A stretch of 64,000 nucleotides of DNA from assembly GCA_001804285.1 (NCBI GenBank), contig MHFR01000048.1, positions 43,622 through 107,621 of the forward strand. Direction: 5' to 3'. Below are positions 9,404 to 18,739 of this stretch, in pieces. The notes below the pieces were generated by a model. It searched no databases. It was given only the letters and a program-made list of their open reading frames with translations, and was not told where the DNA came from. How positions within the stretch are numbered: the stretch's first letter is position 1; every line of letters begins with the position of its first letter. This DNA is from Candidatus Danuiimicrobium aquiferis (lineage in GTDB: Bacteria > Omnitrophota > Omnitrophia > Omnitrophales > Danuiimicrobiaceae). Both the position numbers and the translations under genes were made by a program.

Positions 9404-10216
9404 TCAACTTTTAATCCACTCGACAATATCCCGGGCAATCTCATCGACCGGAACGTCTTTCACGATTTTTGTTTGCCGTTGCTGCTGAGGCAGTTTTACG
9501 CTTGCGAAGGTAACGCCTTCGGCGCCAACTTTGGCCGCTTGCGCTTTCTGAAGCGCCGGCATGATGGTCCTCATATTCACCATTCCGATTTGCGGATTAT
9601 TCGGCGGTTCGGGCAGATTTCCCGTCGCCCAGCCGATAGCAATTGGAAGCGCGGAACAAACCGAAACTTGATATTGTCCGGCTTCAACACGTTCGAGAAT
9701 TTTAAACGAGCCGTCATTTTGAACCGTGAATTCGTCTACGGCGAGAAATTGATCGGTAATTCCCAAATGTTCGCCGATCAATTGGATGGTTGCACCGGCA
9801 TCGCGGGATGCGGAAGAACATCCGCCAAAAACCAGCAAGCGGGATTTGTCGAGGCCCGGAATTTTTTCGATTGCCCCGGCAAGGGTTTGTGCTACTTCCG
9901 CGGAGTCGGTAAATCCGCTTGAGGATCCGTCAATCGCGACGAGTTCAAATGCGGCTTTTTGCGCCATGGTCATCATTAATTGTTGAAGTTTTGCTTTCGG
10001 TCCGAGACTGACAAGCCAAACCTTACTGTCCCCACCGGTTTTTTTTGCCAAGTTGGCAGCTTCGTAAAGCGCGTGAGCGGCCCACGGATCGAGGACGGCC
10101 GGAAGCATCATTTCATTTTTGAGGGCCGGGCCCGTCGGGCTTTGAATCGGTTCAAGAGTTTGAAGCGGGTCCGGAACCAGACTTCCGCAGACGACGATAT
10201 GAAATCCTTGTGCCAT
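9404..10216 (-). CDS. etfB: electron transfer flavoprotein beta subunit
   Basis: EtfB-like sequence (GFHIVVCGSLVPDP...; VDEFTVQNDGSFKILER). Start placed at MAQGFHIV (10216). The longer track ORF extends into a MITE (10263-10382). Confidence 0.8.
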   Translation of the reverse strand: MAQGFHIVVCGSLVPDPLQTLEPIQSPTGPALKNEMMLPAVLDPWAAHALYEAANLAKKTGGDSKVWLVSLGPKAKLQQLMMTMAQKAAFELVAIDGSSSGFTDSAEVAQTLAGAIEKIPGLDKSRLLVFGGCSSASRDAGATIQLIGEHLGITDQFLAVDEFTVQNDGSFKILERVEAGQYQVSVCSALPIAIGWATGNLPEPPNNPQIGMVNMRTIMPALQKAQAAKVGAEGVTFASVKLPQQQRQTKIVKDVPVDEIARDIVEWIKS

Positions 10217-10262
10217 TGTCATATTCTCCTTATGAATGATGTTATGTAATTCTTGTTTTTTG

Positions 10263-10382
10263 TCATTGCGAAGCGGCAAACCGTAGAGGATATCGCTTCC
10301 GCCGAAGGCGGATCCGCCTCTGGCGGAGAAGCAATCTAAGGACCGGGATTGCTTCTCCCGCCTTTGGCGGGATCACAATGAT
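10263..10382. repeat. MITE with GTCATTGCGA...TCACAATGA(C) inverted termini
   Basis: GTCATTGCGAAGCGG...GGGATCACAATGAT. A second copy lies at 20328-20437 and a partial copy at 52966-52975. Confidence 0.6.
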
Positions 10383-10508
10383 GTGTGAGAGTGTAATTAT
10401 ATTCATGAAATCAAATTTGGCCAGCTTCTTTTATGGTGAATTTGGGGTGAGGCTTATTATTTTTAATGTTAAGCATATAAAGCTGATAGACGACATATTA
10501 TTCAGAGT

Positions 10509-10656
10509 GTCTGTTTACCGTTTTGAAGTAATTATCTACCTGTTTTTCTGTCATTCCCGCGAAAGCGGGAATCCAGAATCTATGGATGCCCGCTGAAAAC
10601 ATGCGGGCATGACACAAGTGGGCGTATCCGCCACTTCAAAATGCTAAACAAATATT
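10509..10656. mobile_element. composite MITE: TIR framework (TGTTTACCGTTTTGAAGT ... CACTTCAAAATGCTAAACAAATA) carrying a double-hairpin core (10549-10613)
   Basis: Core GTCATTCCCGCGAAAGCGGGAATCC...GGATGCCCGCTGAAAACATGCGGGCATGACA. Same TIR framework as the elements at 18596, 19002, 19803 and 50636. Confidence 0.6.
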
Positions 10657-10733
10657 ATTCGTATAGGATTTAGCTGCAGGCACAATCAATTTTATATAAA
10701 AGTGATCATGGTTTAAAAAAGGGTTCCCTTTTT

Positions 10734-12572
10734 ATGGAATATCGCGTTGTTTTATATGAGTTGAATAAATGGTTAAATGACGAAGATGTCCTGAGAACCA
10801 TCGAAAGCGTCGGCGTTCCCAGCCGTAAAGAAGTTCTTAACCTGATCAAGCGCAATCGAGTGCTTTATATTAAAAGTCTTGAAGAATCAAAAGCCAGGGC
10901 GCTTGCCGATTTTTTTAAAGGCCGAGGAATTGATTGTGATCTTGAGCCGATGGAGCTCGACGATACGGTTCGAAATTGGATTTTAGAAGAAGGGAAGAAA
11001 TGGCTCAAACGGAGCTTTGTTTATCCTCATCATTTAGTGAGTATTTGGCGGAATTATGGATTAGAAGCGGCCGGTTCGGTTCTCCCGCCCGTTAAGGCAA
11101 AAGATCCTAAATCTCTCATTAAAACAATTCTCACCATCGGGGCGGTACTGATTGGGCTTGGCATTATTTTATTCATTGCTTCGAATTGGCAACGTTTTCC
11201 CAACAGCATGAAAATTATAGGCTCGACTGTTTCGACCCTTGCATTTCTTCACGCCGGTTATTATGTGAGAGAGAAATCGTTTGGTCCGAAGCATTTGACG
11301 AATGCGCTTTTTCTTATTTCCATTTTTAGCATTGGCAGCACGATTGCTTTAATTTCACAGATTTACCACGTTGAAGCCGATTCTTATATATTGCCGCTTA
11401 TCTGGGGATTCTTAGCCTTGCCGGTTTTCTTTTTCTTGGATTATTTTCCGGCTATTTATATCGCAAGTGGTTTATGGCTTTTAGCGAATGTTTTATATCA
11501 ATCTCTGATCGGGACGGCGCCCTGGTTTTATCCTTTATTGCTGCTTGGTTTTTTATTGCCTTATAGCGCTCGAAAAAAAGACGAAAACTTTTTTAATGTC
11601 AATTTGGTTTTTTTGATGGTGGCATTATCGATGACGACTATTGTCAAGGATTTCGTTGCAAGCTCAATTTGGGTTTTATCCCTAACGTATCTTCTTAAGC
11701 GGAAGAAAACAGAATTATATGAATATCTGGTAATGGCGGGGTTTTTTATTTGGAATATTAACTTCGTTCAAAATTTCGGACGGTTCCCGAACCTGCTCTA
11801 TCTGGTTATTCTTTTCTATTTTGTGAAGCGTGCCTTGAGTTTGCGGTCAAACGAAATGATGATTGTTTCCATTTTTAATGGGTTGTACTGGCTGTCGAGT
11901 TTTTATTGGCAGGCGGAGCGACGATTTAATCTTACTCCGCCGGATGGTTCGGATATTATTCTATATTTGATGAGCGTCGGAATGATTTTTTATGGAGCCG
12001 GGAAAAGAATACTTTCGAAAAGTGAGTGGAAAACGCTCGCGAATTTTTTATGTTACGGGGGGCTTGTTTTGGTGGCGTTGATGGTCTATGTTATGTCTTT
12101 CCGTTTTTATTCGTCGAGGGACAATTTCTTCCAATCCATTCCGTATCTGTTTAGTACGTTGTGTTTTACGGTTCTTAGTGTTTATTTAGCGCTTCCTTCT
12201 CTCGTGAAGGATTTCCAGACAGATCCCAGGAAAAAAGACGAAATTGGAATTTACGCGTTTACGGCAGGCGGGTTAATTTTGACGGTTCTTGTTCCGCCTT
12301 ACGCGGGCATTCATGTTGTTTTGTTTAATTTAATTCTTTTTTTTATGGCATTTATGTTTATGACAAAGGGACACCGGGAACAACGGATTGCATTTTACAA
12401 TTGGGGAATTGCGCTTTTTATTGTTTTGATTATTTCACGTTATACGGATACGTTGTGGGCGTTTTTATCCCGTTCAATATTTTTTATTTTAGGGGGTGTC
12501 TTTTTAATTTGTTGGGCGATCTTTATTGACCGGGAAAAGAAACGTATGGGAAAGGCGCAATCGGATGATTAA
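10734..12572 (+). CDS. polytopic membrane protein (DUF2157/DUF4401-like) with ~110-aa N-terminal soluble domain
   Basis: About 14 predicted TM helices after a soluble N-terminus. A GDYXXLXY-type gene lies directly downstream, a conserved pairing. Confidence 0.5.
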   Translation: MEYRVVLYELNKWLNDEDVLRTIESVGVPSRKEVLNLIKRNRVLYIKSLEESKARALADFFKGRGIDCDLEPMELDDTVRNWILEEGKKWLKRSFVYPHHLVSIWRNYGLEAAGSVLPPVKAKDPKSLIKTILTIGAVLIGLGIILFIASNWQRFPNSMKIIGSTVSTLAFLHAGYYVREKSFGPKHLTNALFLISIFSIGSTIALISQIYHVEADSYILPLIWGFLALPVFFFLDYFPAIYIASGLWLLANVLYQSLIGTAPWFYPLLLLGFLLPYSARKKDENFFNVNLVFLMVALSMTTIVKDFVASSIWVLSLTYLLKRKKTELYEYLVMAGFFIWNINFVQNFGRFPNLLYLVILFYFVKRALSLRSNEMMIVSIFNGLYWLSSFYWQAERRFNLTPPDGSDIILYLMSVGMIFYGAGKRILSKSEWKTLANFLCYGGLVLVALMVYVMSFRFYSSRDNFFQSIPYLFSTLCFTVLSVYLALPSLVKDFQTDPRKKDEIGIYAFTAGGLILTVLVPPYAGIHVVLFNLILFFMAFMFMTKGHREQRIAFYNWGIALFIVLIISRYTDTLWAFLSRSIFFILGGVFLICWAIFIDREKKRMGKAQSDD

Positions 12573-13089
12573 ATTCAGTTTGAAACAAGGCCTTTGGCTG
12601 ACGACCCTGATTTGGGTATTAACCGTTGGCGGGGTGTGGGCTTCGCATGAATATGAACTCAGCCACGGCCGGGAAATCGTTTTAAAAACGATCCCGGTTG
12701 ATCCGATAGATTTTTTCCGGGGAGAGTATGTTAACTTGCGTTACGATATTTCTTCATTGGACCGGAAATTGATGCCTATGTTTTACGGGCAATCTTTTCC
12801 AAGAATGAGCCGGGACGCAAAAATTTATGCCAAACTTATTGAGAAAGATGGCGTATGGAATTCCGAGGGGTTTGTGTTTGAACGCCCTAAAGACGGAGTT
12901 TATTTACGGGGAAGAGTTTCTCTCTATGGCACGCCGCAGCTTAGGGTTAACTATGGGATCGAAAGTTATTTTGTCCCCGAAGGTGAAGCAAAAAAATATG
13001 AGGCTGCTCAAAATCAGAAACGTTTATATGCGGTGATTAATGTTACCTCTAAAGGCGTTGGCAAATTAAAACACCTCGAAATCCGCTGA
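12565..13089 (+). CDS. GDYXXLXY-domain protein
   Basis: N-terminal TM helix (LWLTTLIWVLTVGGVWA). Motif RGEYVNLRYDI (GDYxxLxY with D>E). Overlaps the upstream membrane-protein gene. Confidence 0.55.
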   Translation: MIKFSLKQGLWLTTLIWVLTVGGVWASHEYELSHGREIVLKTIPVDPIDFFRGEYVNLRYDISSLDRKLMPMFYGQSFPRMSRDAKIYAKLIEKDGVWNSEGFVFERPKDGVYLRGRVSLYGTPQLRVNYGIESYFVPEGEAKKYEAAQNQKRLYAVINVTSKGVGKLKHLEIR

Positions 13090-13112
13090 AAAAACTGCCA
13101 GAATTAATAATC

Positions 13113-13138
13113 AATTCTCTGCAGAATGTAATCCGCCG
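13113..13138. repeat. 26-bp direct repeat, copy 1 (AATTCTCTGCAGAATGTAATCCGCCG)
   Basis: Identical to 14260-14285, which is the last 8 codons plus stop of the ETF-QO gene. The two copies bracket the PD40 gene. Confidence 0.8.
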
Positions 13139-13175
13139 AAGCGCCGGCGCTTCGCCAGCCAATTTTTCGAGAGGC

Positions 13176-14222
13176 TTAGGTTTTTCTCGCGGGGATCCAA
13201 ACCGGATATTTATCGCTTTTCGGATGGGTTGTTACTTTGAACACCGACGTTCCGTCGGCTTTCATCACCAAAATATCGTCAAGACTATTTTTCGGATCTG
13301 GCGCCTGGTAAAATGCGGAAAAAACAACAAATTGTCCGTCCGGAGAAAACGAGGGAAGAAATTCCGCCCACTCGGAATGTTTTCCGCTTTGGCTTAAATC
13401 GACGACGGATTTCCCGTCGCGGTCGACTTTCAAAATATGCCAAATCCCGTTGCCCCAATTTTCACCCTTTGAACTCGTTGCCCGTTCAAAAACAATCCAT
13501 TGATCATCAGGGCTCCACTCGGGATCATAATTTCCTGCCGGAAAGACGGGCGTTGAAACGCCGGGACCGCCATCGTAGACGGTCCTGATATTTTTTCCTT
13601 GAGAATCCATGATTTTGATGACGAACCGGGGTGTCTTTTGATCGAGATACGCGAAAACGATTTCCTTCCCCGAATGCGACCATGCGGGATCCCCTTCGAT
13701 TGCGGCCGGTGTGTCCGTCAATGGCGTTAACTGTGTACCGTCCCGTTTGATTTTATAAATGTCGCTTTGTTCTTTGCCCTTTCGCTTCATGAGGAACACG
13801 ATCCACTCGCCGTCGGGGGAAAAGCTGTCACCCTCAGCGTGGTTTTTCGAATCCGTCAAACGTTGTTCAAGTTTGTTTTTTGTGTCAATGATCCACAGAG
13901 ATCGTTTATCCTCATCGCCCAAACCTTTGGGGGCCGTTGTGTCTTCTGCAGCCCTCGAGGCGACGATATATTGAGTCGTTTGATCAACACCAAGGATGAA
14001 ATGATGATATTTCGAATAGGTGATTCTGGTGGCGCCGCTTCCGTCGGTATTGATTGCGTAGATTTCAGACCGCCGGTCTTTGGTGTCGCGATTTGATGTT
14101 ATCAAGATATGCGCATTTTTGGGGATGGGCGTAATTTTAGCTTTTTTCGGTTGTTCGCCGTAAAGTGTTTTACCGGAGAGCAAGAAAAGCATCAAAAATA
14201 TGACAGATAGTTTTTTCATCAT
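13176..14222 (-). CDS. periplasmic PD40/WD40-like beta-propeller repeat protein (TolB-like)
   Basis: Signal peptide MMKKLSVIFLMLFLLSG. Repeated PD40 motifs (SFSPDGEWIVF, EWSPDDQWIVF, SFSPDGQFVVFSA). Confidence 0.6.
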   Translation of the reverse strand: MMKKLSVIFLMLFLLSGKTLYGEQPKKAKITPIPKNAHILITSNRDTKDRRSEIYAINTDGSGATRITYSKYHHFILGVDQTTQYIVASRAAEDTTAPKGLGDEDKRSLWIIDTKNKLEQRLTDSKNHAEGDSFSPDGEWIVFLMKRKGKEQSDIYKIKRDGTQLTPLTDTPAAIEGDPAWSHSGKEIVFAYLDQKTPRFVIKIMDSQGKNIRTVYDGGPGVSTPVFPAGNYDPEWSPDDQWIVFERATSSKGENWGNGIWHILKVDRDGKSVVDLSQSGKHSEWAEFLPSFSPDGQFVVFSAFYQAPDPKNSLDDILVMKADGTSVFKVTTHPKSDKYPVWIPARKT

Positions 14223-14257
14223 GATTCCTTTCTGACTTTATATTGTCAACGCTAATG

Positions 14258-16123
14258 CTAATTCTCTGCAGAATGTAATCCGCCGGAACCGGCACGGAAG
14301 TTGACGTTGGTGCGTTCCGGGTCAGTGTCATGGGGTTTTGCGCAAGTCCACATGCACGCGCCGCAGTGAATACATTTCTCGCGGTCGAATTGAGGCACCT
14401 GACCGTCTTCGCCGGGCGTGATGGCTTGGCCGGAGCAAATCTCAATACAGACTTTTGTTTTGCAGTCTTTGCACAGTTTTGTGTTAAGAAATGTGACATG
14501 GTCCGCAAAACCGCCCGCTGCCTGAACCTTGCCGCCCATGAGGAGTGCATCCTGATGCGAAACAAGCAATTTCCCGTCATATTGGATTTTGGGCCAGCCC
14601 GCTTTTTCCATTAAGGCGCTGTTGAGATATGTACCGGCACGAACGGTTTCCTCACGGGTTTTCGAGATTTCTTCGGGGCTGATAAGCCCTTTGTAATAGT
14701 CTTCAAGAGACGGAAAATGTTCATACAGGCGTTTTGATTTTCCGGAGAGATTCAATTTCCCACCGGTGAATCCGGAAATCGCCATTCCGATAAATCCTTT
14801 GACGAAGCCGTCATCAAATCCGTCCCGCGATTTTTCAGCCACTTTGGCTTCTTCTTCAATCCAGCTTGAGCGTCGCCGGTTCTCATACGCTTCCTGCAAA
14901 TTTTCTTTTGAGAAGGGTTTACCCGCCTTACAAAGTTCAATCACACCTTCCGCGAGTTGAATGCCCGTCATCCACGCTTCATCAACCCCGGAACCCGTTA
15001 AGACATTCGTGCTTCCGGAACCTTCGCCGATTCGGGCATATCCATCGCCCACGAGGAATGGTTCGCCGCGTTTTCCGGATTCCTGAAGCGATTTCGCGCC
15101 CCACGATTTCATGGTGCCGCCTTTTACATAACGCCAAATGTAGGGATGCATGAGCCAATATTGTAAATACCGGTAACTTGTCCGCGTGGGAGTGTTCATC
15201 CACGATGGAATAAACACGCCGACGGAAGCGAGGCGGTTCGGATACACATAGAAGAACCCGAAAATTTCCGGTTCTGGATATCCGAAAGTGTGAAATACGG
15301 TTCCCGGTTTGAGCGGGCAATCCTCGGGTAGTTCAATCACCATTTTCATTCCGACGGCCCATTCGCGCTGGTGATGATCTTTCGGCAATCCAAAATGTTG
15401 ATCGAGTTGTTGGCCGACGGCGCCGACGGGCCCGTCTCCCACGACCGTCAGATCGGCACGGATATCCATGCCGGGCATATAGCCTGCGTCCGGATTTCCG
15501 GCCTTGTCCGTTCCCTGATCCACTAACCGGATTCCGGAAACTTTTCCCCCGTCAAAAAATGCCGATTTAGCGGGCATTCCCGGCCAAACTTGAACGGCCC
15601 CGGAGGCCATGAGCTGCGAACCAACCCACGTATTGAATTGGCCGATTGAGAATACAAAACCGCCGTGTTTATTCATGAACGGAGGAATAAAGGGAACTTC
15701 AAATCCGTGTTTTTTGTAAAAAGGATTGATGCATTTTGTGGCGTTGATCAAGAAATCTGCGATCTTCAGGAGAGGAGACCTTCGGCTTTTTCCAATCGGG
15801 TCGAGCAAATAAATAAGTTTTTCGGAGGTCACGGGTGCGGCCATCGGAATTTGAGAAAGTTCTTCTGTGGTAAACGACTCACGGATTCCGCGTGCTTTCG
15901 TGACAACACCGGACGCGCCGAAACCGATATCGTCGGCGCGTTCATAGCAAATGACTTGTAACGGCATTCCCGGCATGGCTTTGCTTTGAAGGATGGGTTG
16001 AAGCGCCGGGTCCTGGAGTGCTTTTGAAAGGGTGGTGAGGAATCCGCCGGTTGCTGGGCCGAATCCGACACAGACGATATCGACGTTCATGCTTTGCCGT
16101 TCAATAGATGGCTCTGACTTCAT
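14258..16123 (-). CDS. electron-transfer-flavoprotein:quinone oxidoreductase (FixC-FixX-like fusion)
   Basis: FAD GxGxxG (VDIVCVGFGPATGG). C-terminal 4Fe-4S ferredoxin motif CIHCGACMWTC. Start may be the internal MNVDIV (16090). Confidence 0.85.
   Translation of the reverse strand: MKSEPSIERQSMNVDIVCVGFGPATGGFLTTLSKALQDPALQPILQSKAMPGMPLQVICYERADDIGFGASGVVTKARGIRESFTTEELSQIPMAAPVTSEKLIYLLDPIGKSRRSPLLKIADFLINATKCINPFYKKHGFEVPFIPPFMNKHGGFVFSIGQFNTWVGSQLMASGAVQVWPGMPAKSAFFDGGKVSGIRLVDQGTDKAGNPDAGYMPGMDIRADLTVVGDGPVGAVGQQLDQHFGLPKDHHQREWAVGMKMVIELPEDCPLKPGTVFHTFGYPEPEIFGFFYVYPNRLASVGVFIPSWMNTPTRTSYRYLQYWLMHPYIWRYVKGGTMKSWGAKSLQESGKRGEPFLVGDGYARIGEGSGSTNVLTGSGVDEAWMTGIQLAEGVIELCKAGKPFSKENLQEAYENRRRSSWIEEEAKVAEKSRDGFDDGFVKGFIGMAISGFTGGKLNLSGKSKRLYEHFPSLEDYYKGLISPEEISKTREETVRAGTYLNSALMEKAGWPKIQYDGKLLVSHQDALLMGGKVQAAGGFADHVTFLNTKLCKDCKTKVCIEICSGQAITPGEDGQVPQFDREKCIHCGACMWTCAKPHDTDPERTNVNFRAGSGGLHSAEN
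14260..14285. repeat. 26-bp direct repeat, copy 2 (3' end of ETF-QO gene)
   Basis: Identical to 13113-13138. Confidence 0.8.
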
Positions 16124-16135
16124 TTTTTTTCTCTT

Positions 16136-16300
16136 TTGTTATGCGCGCATAAGTGCACAAGTGCACAGGGGCGCAAGGAAAATCGCGACAAAAAAGGGGA
16201 CAGGCAATTGCTTAATATGAGTCATATGCCTGTCCCCTTTTTTGTTTCTTCATTGTTTCAACTTGTGCACTTGTGTTCTTGTGAGCCTGTGCGCTTATTC
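16136..16300. promoter_or_regulatory. intergenic composite: inverted GTGCACAAGTGCACA-type repeats flanking a terminator-like hairpin (16192-16246)
   Basis: Left GCGCATAAGTGCACAAGTGCACAGGGGCGC. Right CAACTTGTGCACTTGTGTTCTTGTGAGCCTGTGCGC. Centre AAAAAAGGGGACAGGCA-N21-TGCCTGTCCCCTTTTTT. Confidence 0.5.
16192..16246 (-). terminator. intrinsic-terminator-like hairpin downstream of acyl-CoA dehydrogenase gene (repeat family D)
   Basis: 11-bp GC-rich stem GGGGACAGGCA/TGCCTGTCCCC. T-tracts on both sides. Confidence 0.55.
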
Positions 16301-16313
16301 AATAACGACTTAA

Positions 16314-18401
16314 TTACGCCGGATAGTCCAAGGCTTCGGGAATCATCACCTGGCTGACGGCAAGCGCTGCGCGTTCCTTCGCCAAGCGATATCCTTTAAT
16401 GGATATGTCAACTTTTTCGCGAAGCTTTGAAAATGTCGAAATTTCTTCGTTTGTCAAATTCGGGTTGTAACCATAAACCAATTCCGCACAAATTCTTGCC
16501 GCTTCTTCACTGGCCCGTGCTGATTGAACTCTCGCCAAATCGGAAAAGAAAGTGACGAGCCCCGCCAAGCCTTCGGCGACAACCGGATTTTCAGGCCCTT
16601 TTGCTTTTAGTTCAAGCACGTCTATGATTTGACAATAGGAAGCAAGCAGCCAGCAAAGCGCATCTGCAAGCGGGAAAGTGACGCCTTGGCGCTGACCGTG
16701 GTAAACAGTTTTACCGTTCCAGTCTTTAGCGGTTTCGAGGTGTTTGAATGCCCAATACCAAACTTCCATTCCCGCGGCAAGCGCTCCGGCTCCGAGATCC
16801 GGATTCGCACCGTTGATTTTTTCAAGGTCCTTAATCCAGTTTTGAAGTTGCTGGAGAAACAGTGGGCTCGTCATGGTCACCGAAAGTTGCCGGCGTTGAA
16901 CGGCTTCCGGCCCTTCATAGGTGGCCTCAAGTTGCGAATCCATCCATTTTTGGCCGAGAAATCCGGGGCAATCTTCGGTGATGCCGTATCCGCCCATTAA
17001 ACTGACGGCTTCGCGCATAACGGTTGCGCCATAGCCTGTGTTCCAAAGTTTGCAGGCCGGGCAGAGAACGTTTGCGAGAGAATCTTGGACAACGAATTGA
17101 ACAAGCGGATCATTTCCCAATTCCTGGAATCGTTTTGCATCGCGTTTGTTCTCCGCAAGCTGTAACATTTTTAAATATTCGAGCGCATCTTCCTGCGGTT
17201 TTTTAAGCGCTTTCATTTGTGCGCGTGCTCCGGCAATTCCTTGTGCTTTGAAAATTTCTTCTTTCTTCGTTTCAACCGGATCGAATTCATCAAAGAGCCG
17301 TGCGGCTGTGAAACCGAGAGAAGCGCTTGCTTCGCCGGTTGCCCATATATCAACAAGACGTTGCACGGCATCTTCTTTCTGCTGAAGCCCCAAATCAAAA
17401 CGAGGAGTTCCAGCTGAAATTGAAGAGCCTCCCCGGAAACGGTTTCTTTGGTATCGAATCACAGGTTCAACCGCGGAAAGCAGTTTTGCAGAAGTCATAA
17501 TGCCGACCGTGACGCGCGTTCTGCGAAAGACAGCTTCAATGACTTCTGAATGTGAAAAGTTAGGAATAATCACGCCGTCTTTAACGGTGTATCCGCCGAT
17601 GATGCGGTTAGCGGGAACTTTGAGGCTGAAAATCGGATCATGGGTTGAAGAAAGCTGATGAACTAACTTGAGCGTTGGTGCGCCGCGATCATAAACGCCT
17701 GGATCTCCTTCTTCAAGAATGATCATGCAGCTTGTTTTAATTTTCGGATCATCCGTATCGACGGCGGCCGTGACAAAATTTGCAAAACCCATATTGGTGA
17801 TAAATCGTCCGCGTTTTTCGACGTGGAGAATCGGCTCTTTTCCTTCTTTCCATTCTGCAATGCGGACTTTTCCGGAAACAACTCCGGTATCGACGCCAAC
17901 GAACGGAAGCGGTTCGGTCAACGCAAAAGCGCCGCGCCAAGGTTTTTTATTTTTGTCGGAAGGGACGCAGAGGCTCATGTAGTGTTTCTTCTGTTCCGGC
18001 GTGCTTTTTTCGTGAATCGGCGAAAGGGCCAGATTTCCGGCCAAACTGCCGGTGGCAGCGCCCGCATCGACCCAGGAGAGTTCAAAAGCGACAAGCGCAA
18101 GTGCCATATTTTTCGGGCCTTCGATGAATCCGCCTTCATCCGGATCCATAAAAACGGAAGTGATACCGGCTTCATCCAGCGTAGTTAAAAGCTTGGCTTT
18201 TTCCGGCGTCCAATCATGCGTATTCCGGGCCCCGTCAGCTACTAAGCGTGCTACAATTCCGCGCGCGACTGAACGGGCGGATTGGACGACCATTTGAAGG
18301 TCGTAGCGATCCCGAAACCGCCACATAATTTGCCGGACGTCATCGCCGGGTAACGTGCTGAGTAAAGCTGTTGTGTTTTTTTCAGAACTTGCTGTGCTCA
18401 T
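16314..18401 (-). CDS. large acyl-CoA dehydrogenase family protein
   Basis: ACAD-type N- and middle-domain sequence. Length ~695 aa with C-terminal extension. In an operon with ETF-QO. Confidence 0.75.
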   Translation of the reverse strand: MSTASSEKNTTALLSTLPGDDVRQIMWRFRDRYDLQMVVQSARSVARGIVARLVADGARNTHDWTPEKAKLLTTLDEAGITSVFMDPDEGGFIEGPKNMALALVAFELSWVDAGAATGSLAGNLALSPIHEKSTPEQKKHYMSLCVPSDKNKKPWRGAFALTEPLPFVGVDTGVVSGKVRIAEWKEGKEPILHVEKRGRFITNMGFANFVTAAVDTDDPKIKTSCMIILEEGDPGVYDRGAPTLKLVHQLSSTHDPIFSLKVPANRIIGGYTVKDGVIIPNFSHSEVIEAVFRRTRVTVGIMTSAKLLSAVEPVIRYQRNRFRGGSSISAGTPRFDLGLQQKEDAVQRLVDIWATGEASASLGFTAARLFDEFDPVETKKEEIFKAQGIAGARAQMKALKKPQEDALEYLKMLQLAENKRDAKRFQELGNDPLVQFVVQDSLANVLCPACKLWNTGYGATVMREAVSLMGGYGITEDCPGFLGQKWMDSQLEATYEGPEAVQRRQLSVTMTSPLFLQQLQNWIKDLEKINGANPDLGAGALAAGMEVWYWAFKHLETAKDWNGKTVYHGQRQGVTFPLADALCWLLASYCQIIDVLELKAKGPENPVVAEGLAGLVTFFSDLARVQSARASEEAARICAELVYGYNPNLTNEEISTFSKLREKVDISIKGYRLAKERAALAVSQVMIPEALDYPA

Positions 18402-18595
18402 GAAAATAGCCCCTTTTTAATAGGATTAACAGTTTAAAAATTACGCTTTTAATGATGGTATCTATATGAAAACCAGGCCTTTATGGCCCGCATATATTAA
18501 TGATGAATGCTTTGCGATGCAAGCGAAAAGCCACACCGGGCATATGTTTTTCCGTGACGGGCGGATAAGCTAAGATTATAATAACAAAAATTTTT

Positions 18596-18702
18596 GTATC
18601 TGTTTAGCGTTCTGAAGTTGACTTTCCTCCCTCACCCCTGCCCTCTCCCTCGGGGAGAGGGCAGGGGTGAGGGGGATTTGTTAATCTCTTCAAAATTTTA
18701 GA
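18596..18702. mobile_element. MITE: TIR framework (GTATCTGTTTAGCGTTCTGAAGTTGAC ... CTCTTCAAAATTTTAG) with palindromic core CCCTCACCCCTGCCCTCTCCC-TCGG-GGAGAGGGCAGGGGTGAGGGGG
   Basis: Near-perfect 25-bp palindrome arms. Related copies at 2998, 19803, 27246, 29117 and 50636. Confidence 0.7.
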
Positions 18703-18739
18703 TGTATTTCCTATTTTTAAATTGAAGGAAAATGAATAG

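Noticed and set aside
13137-13154. Perfect 18-bp palindrome CGAAGCGCCGGCGCTTCG downstream of the GDYXXLXY gene as an intrinsic terminator
   Set aside because: The stem is immediately adjacent to the 26-bp direct repeat and lacks a proper U-tract directly after it. It is more likely part of the insertion junction; kept only as a note.
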